In this document: positions 60,172 through 64,000 of the stretch, one piece after another
Position numbering within the stretch: position 1 is the first letter of the stretch
Layout of the letters: every line of letters starts with the position of its first letter
Notes under the pieces: generated by a model
What the model was told of the DNA's origin: nothing
The model's database searches: none
The model's input: only the letters and a program-made list of their open reading frames with translations
DNA from: Candidatus Micrarchaeota archaeon
GTDB lineage: Archaea > Micrarchaeota > Micrarchaeia > Micrarchaeales > CABMGC01
Reading direction: 5' to 3'
Assembly: GCA_021797745.1 (NCBI GenBank)
Contig: JAJZZD010000005.1
Location: 1,438 to 65,437, forward strand
DNA: 64,000 bases
Position numbers and translations under genes: made by a program

Positions 60172-61206
60172 TTATTTCACGAATATTATGAATGTAAGTA
60201 TTAAATTAACGAGAGCAAGAGGCAGAAGCGCCATCCAACCGATGCGCAGCAGCCTGTCAAGCCTCATCCTCACCATCGTAGCGCGTATAACTATTATCAC
60301 CAGCGCAATCGCCACGCTTTTTGCCAGAAGCCAGAAAATCGGCGGCAGCAATCCCGGCCCGCTCCAACCGCCAAGGAAGAGCATCGTTATCACCAGGCTT
60401 CCCAGGAACATGCGGGTGTAATCTATGAACAGCGCAAGCGAGAAATACGGCGCGCTCACGTCAGTCAGCCATCCTGCTATCAGTTCCGAATCAGCTTCGC
60501 GTATGTCGAACGGCGGCCTCTCGAATTCCGCAAGCATCGCAATGAAAAAAGTTGCAAAACCTATTGGCATCAGCAATACATACCAGTGCGTGGCAGCCTG
60601 CGCCGCTATTATCTCCACAAGGTTGTAACTGCCCGACAGCATCGCTACTGACGCAATTATTATAAGCAGCGGTATCTCGTAGCTTACGAGCATCACAACA
60701 GAGCGCTCTGCGCTTATAGCTGCGAATTTATTGCCGCTAGCGAATCCGTTTATGAATATTATTATCGGCATGAAAGCCAGAGCCACAAAAATTACCAGAA
60801 GCCCGAATCCCAGGTTGGCAACTGTCAAAGACTGCGAGAAAGGGAGCAGAAGTATTATGAATATCGAAATGGCAAGCATCAGAACGATTGTGAATGAAAA
60901 AATGAATTTCTTTGCATTCCTCGGCGCGTAGTTGGATTTGGCGATGAGCTTTATGAGGTCTGCAAGATTCTGCAGTATCCCATATTTTCCCACCTTCGTG
61001 GGGCCGTGGCGCGACTGCGCCTTTGCCATAATTTTCCTCTCTGCCCACCCGAACATATAGTCAAATACGGTGATCAGCACCACTACCAATACTGCATAAA
61101 CTATCACTGCAAGCAGAGAAACCCACATATTGCCTGAGTTTAGCCACGAGCCTAAGCTATACACAATCCCGAAAAACATGCCCGGCAACAAGCTACCTGT
61201 CAACAT
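60172..61206 (-). CDS. nuoH: Complex-I-like subunit H (ND1)
   Basis: 344 aa, ...AERKIMAKAQSRHGPTKVGKYGILQNLADLIKL...FERPPFDIREADSELIAGW (ND1 signatures). Confidence 0.9.
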   Translation of the reverse strand: MLTGSLLPGMFFGIVYSLGSWLNSGNMWVSLLAVIVYAVLVVVLITVFDYMFGWAERKIMAKAQSRHGPTKVGKYGILQNLADLIKLIAKSNYAPRNAKKFIFSFTIVLMLAISIFIILLLPFSQSLTVANLGFGLLVIFVALAFMPIIIFINGFASGNKFAAISAERSVVMLVSYEIPLLIIIASVAMLSGSYNLVEIIAAQAATHWYVLLMPIGFATFFIAMLAEFERPPFDIREADSELIAGWLTDVSAPYFSLALFIDYTRMFLGSLVITMLFLGGWSGPGLLPPIFWLLAKSVAIALVIIVIRATMVRMRLDRLLRIGWMALLPLALVNLILTFIIFVK

Positions 61207-62284
61207 CTGCCATCACAACGTCCAAACTTCCCAGTATCGCGAACATGTCTGCAAATCTTTCGCCTTTGCAAAGCTCGCTTAGTGCGAATAGATTTATGAA
61301 TGCTGGCGCGCGTATCGCTAGCCTGTACGGCCTCTGCGGGTCAGCTACAAGGTACATAAGCGCCTCGCCCCTAGGCGTTTCCCTGCTTACCTTTGAGATC
61401 CTGTTCTTTGCGGCCGGCATTATTAATTTTATCGGCAAGCCAATTGCGTCGCCGCCAGGCAAAAGTTTCACCGCATACCTGACCATCCTGAGGCTTTCTT
61501 TTATTTCAAGCATTCTTACCTTGTACCGTGCAAAGCAGTCGCCCTCGTCCCTTATCTGCGGAGAAAAATGTAATTTATCGTAAACATAATATGGCTTGTC
61601 TTTTCGCGTATCCCAACCTATCCCAGAACCCCTGAGCACAGGTCCAGTAACTCCGAGCTCTATTGCGGCGTCCCTTTTCAGCACCCCCACCTTTTTCATT
61701 CTCTCCAGGAATACTGGGTTTTTTTCTAGGAATTTTTCATATTCAGGGATGCGTTTTTCAAGGTACGAAACCACTTCCAGGGTTTTTTCCTCGAATCCGG
61801 CCGGAATGTCAGATTTCAGTCCTCCGATTCTCATGTTTACGTAGAACATTCTTGAGCCCGACACATCCTCCAGCAGCCTTAGTACGAGGTCTCTGTCGCG
61901 GAAGCACCACATGAACAGCGTGAAGAAATTGCCTATGTCGTTCGCCAGGGTTCCGAGCCAAAGCAAATGGCTGGCAACTCTCTGCAACTCCAGAAGTATC
62001 ACGCGTATGTACTGGGCGCGCTCTTTCACCTCAGCGCCCTGTGCTGCTTCGACTGCCGCGACATAAGCTTCGTCGTAGGCAAGAGGCGCTATGTAGTCCA
62101 GTTTCTCCATGTATGTAGGGGACTGCATGTACATCCTGTTCTCCACCAGTTTCTCCACGCCTCTGTGCAAAAACCCTACGTGGGGCTCGACGCTCTGTAT
62201 GGTGTCGCCATCAACGTCCACTACAAGCCTCAGAACGCCGTGTGTGCTTGGGTGTATCGGTCCTACGTTTATCCTTGTTACCAT
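61193..62284 (-). CDS. nuoD: Complex-I-like subunit D (49-kDa / NiFe-hydrogenase large-subunit-like)
   Basis: MVTRINVGPIHPSTHGVLRLVVDVDGDTIQSVEPHVGFLHRGVEKL. It overlaps the nuoH start by 14 nt. Confidence 0.92.
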   Translation of the reverse strand: MVTRINVGPIHPSTHGVLRLVVDVDGDTIQSVEPHVGFLHRGVEKLVENRMYMQSPTYMEKLDYIAPLAYDEAYVAAVEAAQGAEVKERAQYIRVILLELQRVASHLLWLGTLANDIGNFFTLFMWCFRDRDLVLRLLEDVSGSRMFYVNMRIGGLKSDIPAGFEEKTLEVVSYLEKRIPEYEKFLEKNPVFLERMKKVGVLKRDAAIELGVTGPVLRGSGIGWDTRKDKPYYVYDKLHFSPQIRDEGDCFARYKVRMLEIKESLRMVRYAVKLLPGGDAIGLPIKLIMPAAKNRISKVSRETPRGEALMYLVADPQRPYRLAIRAPAFINLFALSELCKGERFADMFAILGSLDVVMADVDR

Positions 62285-62312
62285 TTTTTTTCACATTTTC
62301 AGTTTGCCAGAT

Positions 62313-62684
62313 TCATGTTTCGTAATCGGCACCCCACTCGAAATTCTTTTTGAGTGGAGCCGCCTTCCCGTTCCACTTCTCCAAAAGAAGCCTGCCCGCC
62401 CGCCTGCCTTTTACCTCTATGCCGAACATCTCCTGCATTTCGCGTTCGTACCAGTCTGCGGCCCTGTAAATGTCCATTACTGTTGAAATTGACGAATCCG
62501 AAGCATCTATGTCTACTTCAAGCTCCTGTTCTGCGTTTTTCTTGAGGTCTCTGATGATGTAAATTACAGTGAGATATTTCACGTAGTCTACTGCCGTTAT
62601 CTTGACGAGATAGCTGTAACCATCTTTCTTCAGCTCTTTCAGCTTCGCATGCAAATCGTTCTTTTCAATCTTCAATTTTACCAT
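62313..62684 (-). CDS. nuoC: Complex-I-like subunit C (30-kDa), short form
   Basis: 123 aa, ...AADWYEREMQEMFGIEV.G is the NuoC signature. Confidence 0.8.
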   Translation of the reverse strand: MVKLKIEKNDLHAKLKELKKDGYSYLVKITAVDYVKYLTVIYIIRDLKKNAEQELEVDIDASDSSISTVMDIYRAADWYEREMQEMFGIEVKGRRAGRLLLEKWNGKAAPLKKNFEWGADYET

Positions 62685-63225
62685 CTATCTTATTCTGCAG
62701 TTTCAAAAACGCCGTGAAAAGATTCTCGGGCTTCGGCGGACAGCCGGCAACATACACATCTACTGGCATCACCTGGTCTATTCCCTTGATTATGTTATAG
62801 CTTTCCCACCACGGTCCGCCGCACGTCGCGCATTCACCATAGGAAATCACGTACTTCGGGCTTAGCATCTGCTCATACATCCTTTTTATTTCCGGTATCA
62901 TCGATTTGGTTATCCAGCCGGCTACTATCATCACGTCGCTCTGCCTGGGTGTGCCGCGGAACAATAGATAGCCACCCCGCTCTGCGTCTATTCTCGGCGA
63001 GCCGAAATCGAAAAGCTCCATTGCGCAGCAGGCGAGTCCGAACTGCATTGGCCAAAGCGAGCTTCGGCGCGACCACTGGACAACGCCCTTAGATATTGCT
63101 GCGGTTATGTCAGACAGCTTCCCGAATAGGACATTTGGCTTGATGCCATATTTCTGCATTGACTGAGACGTAAGCCTGCTCATCTCCTGTTCTGCATTCA
63201 GGAACTCCTCTTCAGTGTAATCCAT
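62665..63225 (-). CDS. nuoB: Complex-I-like subunit B (PSST, N2 cluster)
   Basis: SLWPMQFGLACCAMEL...GECATCGGPW...VAGCPP. The ATG at 63225 lies 5 nt after the nuoA stop; an alternative ATG is at 63243. Confidence 0.9.
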   Translation of the reverse strand: MDYTEEEFLNAEQEMSRLTSQSMQKYGIKPNVLFGKLSDITAAISKGVVQWSRRSSLWPMQFGLACCAMELFDFGSPRIDAERGGYLLFRGTPRQSDVMIVAGWITKSMIPEIKRMYEQMLSPKYVISYGECATCGGPWWESYNIIKGIDQVMPVDVYVAGCPPKPENLFTAFLKLQNKIDGKIED

Positions 63226-63229
63226 GTTT

Positions 63230-63601
63230 TCACCATGCAGCATGCTGCGCGCTTTTAGCCCTTGCGATTGCGAGCACAGCAAACGCAAACGCCAGGCCCA
63301 CAACAGGTATCATCAATATCAAAATGCTGTCAACTTCAGCCATCGCCCCTGCGAACGTCGACCATATCAGCAGAATTGCTGTTATTATTTCAAATGTCAG
63401 AAACAGCGGGAAAAAAACAAGGTACTCGTTCATGATTCCTGTTTTTATGCCGACGCTCTCCTCCCCGCTCTCGTAGTTTTCTTCCTGAACTGCGTTAGGT
63501 GCGGTCTTTTGCCTTATTAATTTGGAGAAAGCGAGTATGCTTATCGGTACCAGCAGTGCGATTGCGGCGAAAACCAAAACAACGACATATTCTGAGAGCA
63601 T
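63230..63601 (-). CDS. nuoA: Complex-I-like subunit A (ND3)
   Basis: 123 aa, 3 TM, ...ENYESGEESVG... loop. First gene of the string. Confidence 0.8.
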   Translation of the reverse strand: MLSEYVVVLVFAAIALLVPISILAFSKLIRQKTAPNAVQEENYESGEESVGIKTGIMNEYLVFFPLFLTFEIITAILLIWSTFAGAMAEVDSILILMIPVVGLAFAFAVLAIARAKSAQHAAW

Positions 63602-63685
63602 GCCAATAGTTGGCAGTAAATGTTAATATACTATAACGCCAGAGTTTATCGTGAATCTGAGAATGCGCATTCACGTTGATTTTTT

Positions 63686-63952
63686 ATGGAAAACATACCT
63701 GAAAAAGCAAGGCAGGTTCTGAAAGATGGGTTCATAAAGGAAAGGGTAAATCGGGGGGGCATGTTCCAGCAGGTAACGTTCAGGATAATAAACAAAGTCA
63801 ACGGCAACCTGACTTATGCGATACTGCATACCGATAAAACAATAGATGTGAGCGAGCTGAACAGGATGGCTGAGCAGATAGGGCTGCCAGTTGAGGCGCA
63901 GAACGCAACCGCTTTTCCAAAAGGGAAATCTGCCACTGATTTCCGCGTATAA
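63686..63952 (+). CDS. Small hypothetical protein
   Basis: 88-aa ORF with an ATG start, divergent from nuoA. No family recognised. Confidence 0.4.
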   Translation: MENIPEKARQVLKDGFIKERVNRGGMFQQVTFRIINKVNGNLTYAILHTDKTIDVSELNRMAEQIGLPVEAQNATAFPKGKSATDFRV

Positions 63953-64000
63953 ATGCGTTATTTCATATGCTGCTTTTTGTGTACTTGAAGTAGCTTGAAA

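Overview
This is an archaeal chromosome segment. The information-processing genes are archaeal/eukaryotic type: eL15, eL42, aIF2-alpha, aSUI1, TFE, PriS, RadA, Pth2, diphthine synthase, Pcc1, a PAC2 chaperone, prefoldin and GINS. A 395-aa three-unit tRNA-splicing endonuclease, very tight gene packing, decaying genes and a GC content that looks mid-40s % by eye suggest a small-genome DPANN/Micrarchaeota (ARMAN)-like organism; that assignment is inference only. Recognisable content: gyrB-gyrA; a truncated r-protein cluster (uL3-uL4-uL23-uL2-uS19-uL22-uS3-uL29-SUI1); a GINS-eL42-aIF2a-PAC2 operon; pyruvate,phosphate dikinase; agmatinase; ExoIII; IlvE; and an 11-subunit complex-I-like nuo set. In that set nuoABCDHIJKLN lie on the minus strand, nuoM is dislocated about 12.5 kb away on the plus strand, and no nuoEFG is present in the window. 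There are six tRNAs: Lys-CUU, initiator Met, Gly-CCC, Glu-UUC, and intron-containing Asp-GUC and Tyr-GUA. No rRNA, CRISPR array or intact mobile element was seen. Items worth a second look: (1) a 928-aa protein that joins a roughly 9-10-helix membrane domain to two complete Cdc48-like AAA+ modules; (2) the three-unit EndA together with two intron-bearing tRNAs, one of which is overlapped by a SemiSWEET-like CDS that stops inside the tRNA intron; (3) a roughly 1.1-kb GC-richer, ORF-poor islet flanking the tRNA-Asp 3' end, next to a truncated HPP paralog; (4) an HAD-IIB phosphatase gene in advanced decay; (5) lysine-rich extensions on TFE and uL22; (6) G-free or T-poor A/C-rich spacers in front of r-protein genes; (7) C55 instead of U55 in the T-loops of tRNA-Lys and initiator tRNA; and (8) a surface protein with about 30 N-glycosylation sequons. 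All family calls come from reading motifs by eye. No database search, covariance model or TM predictor could be run.
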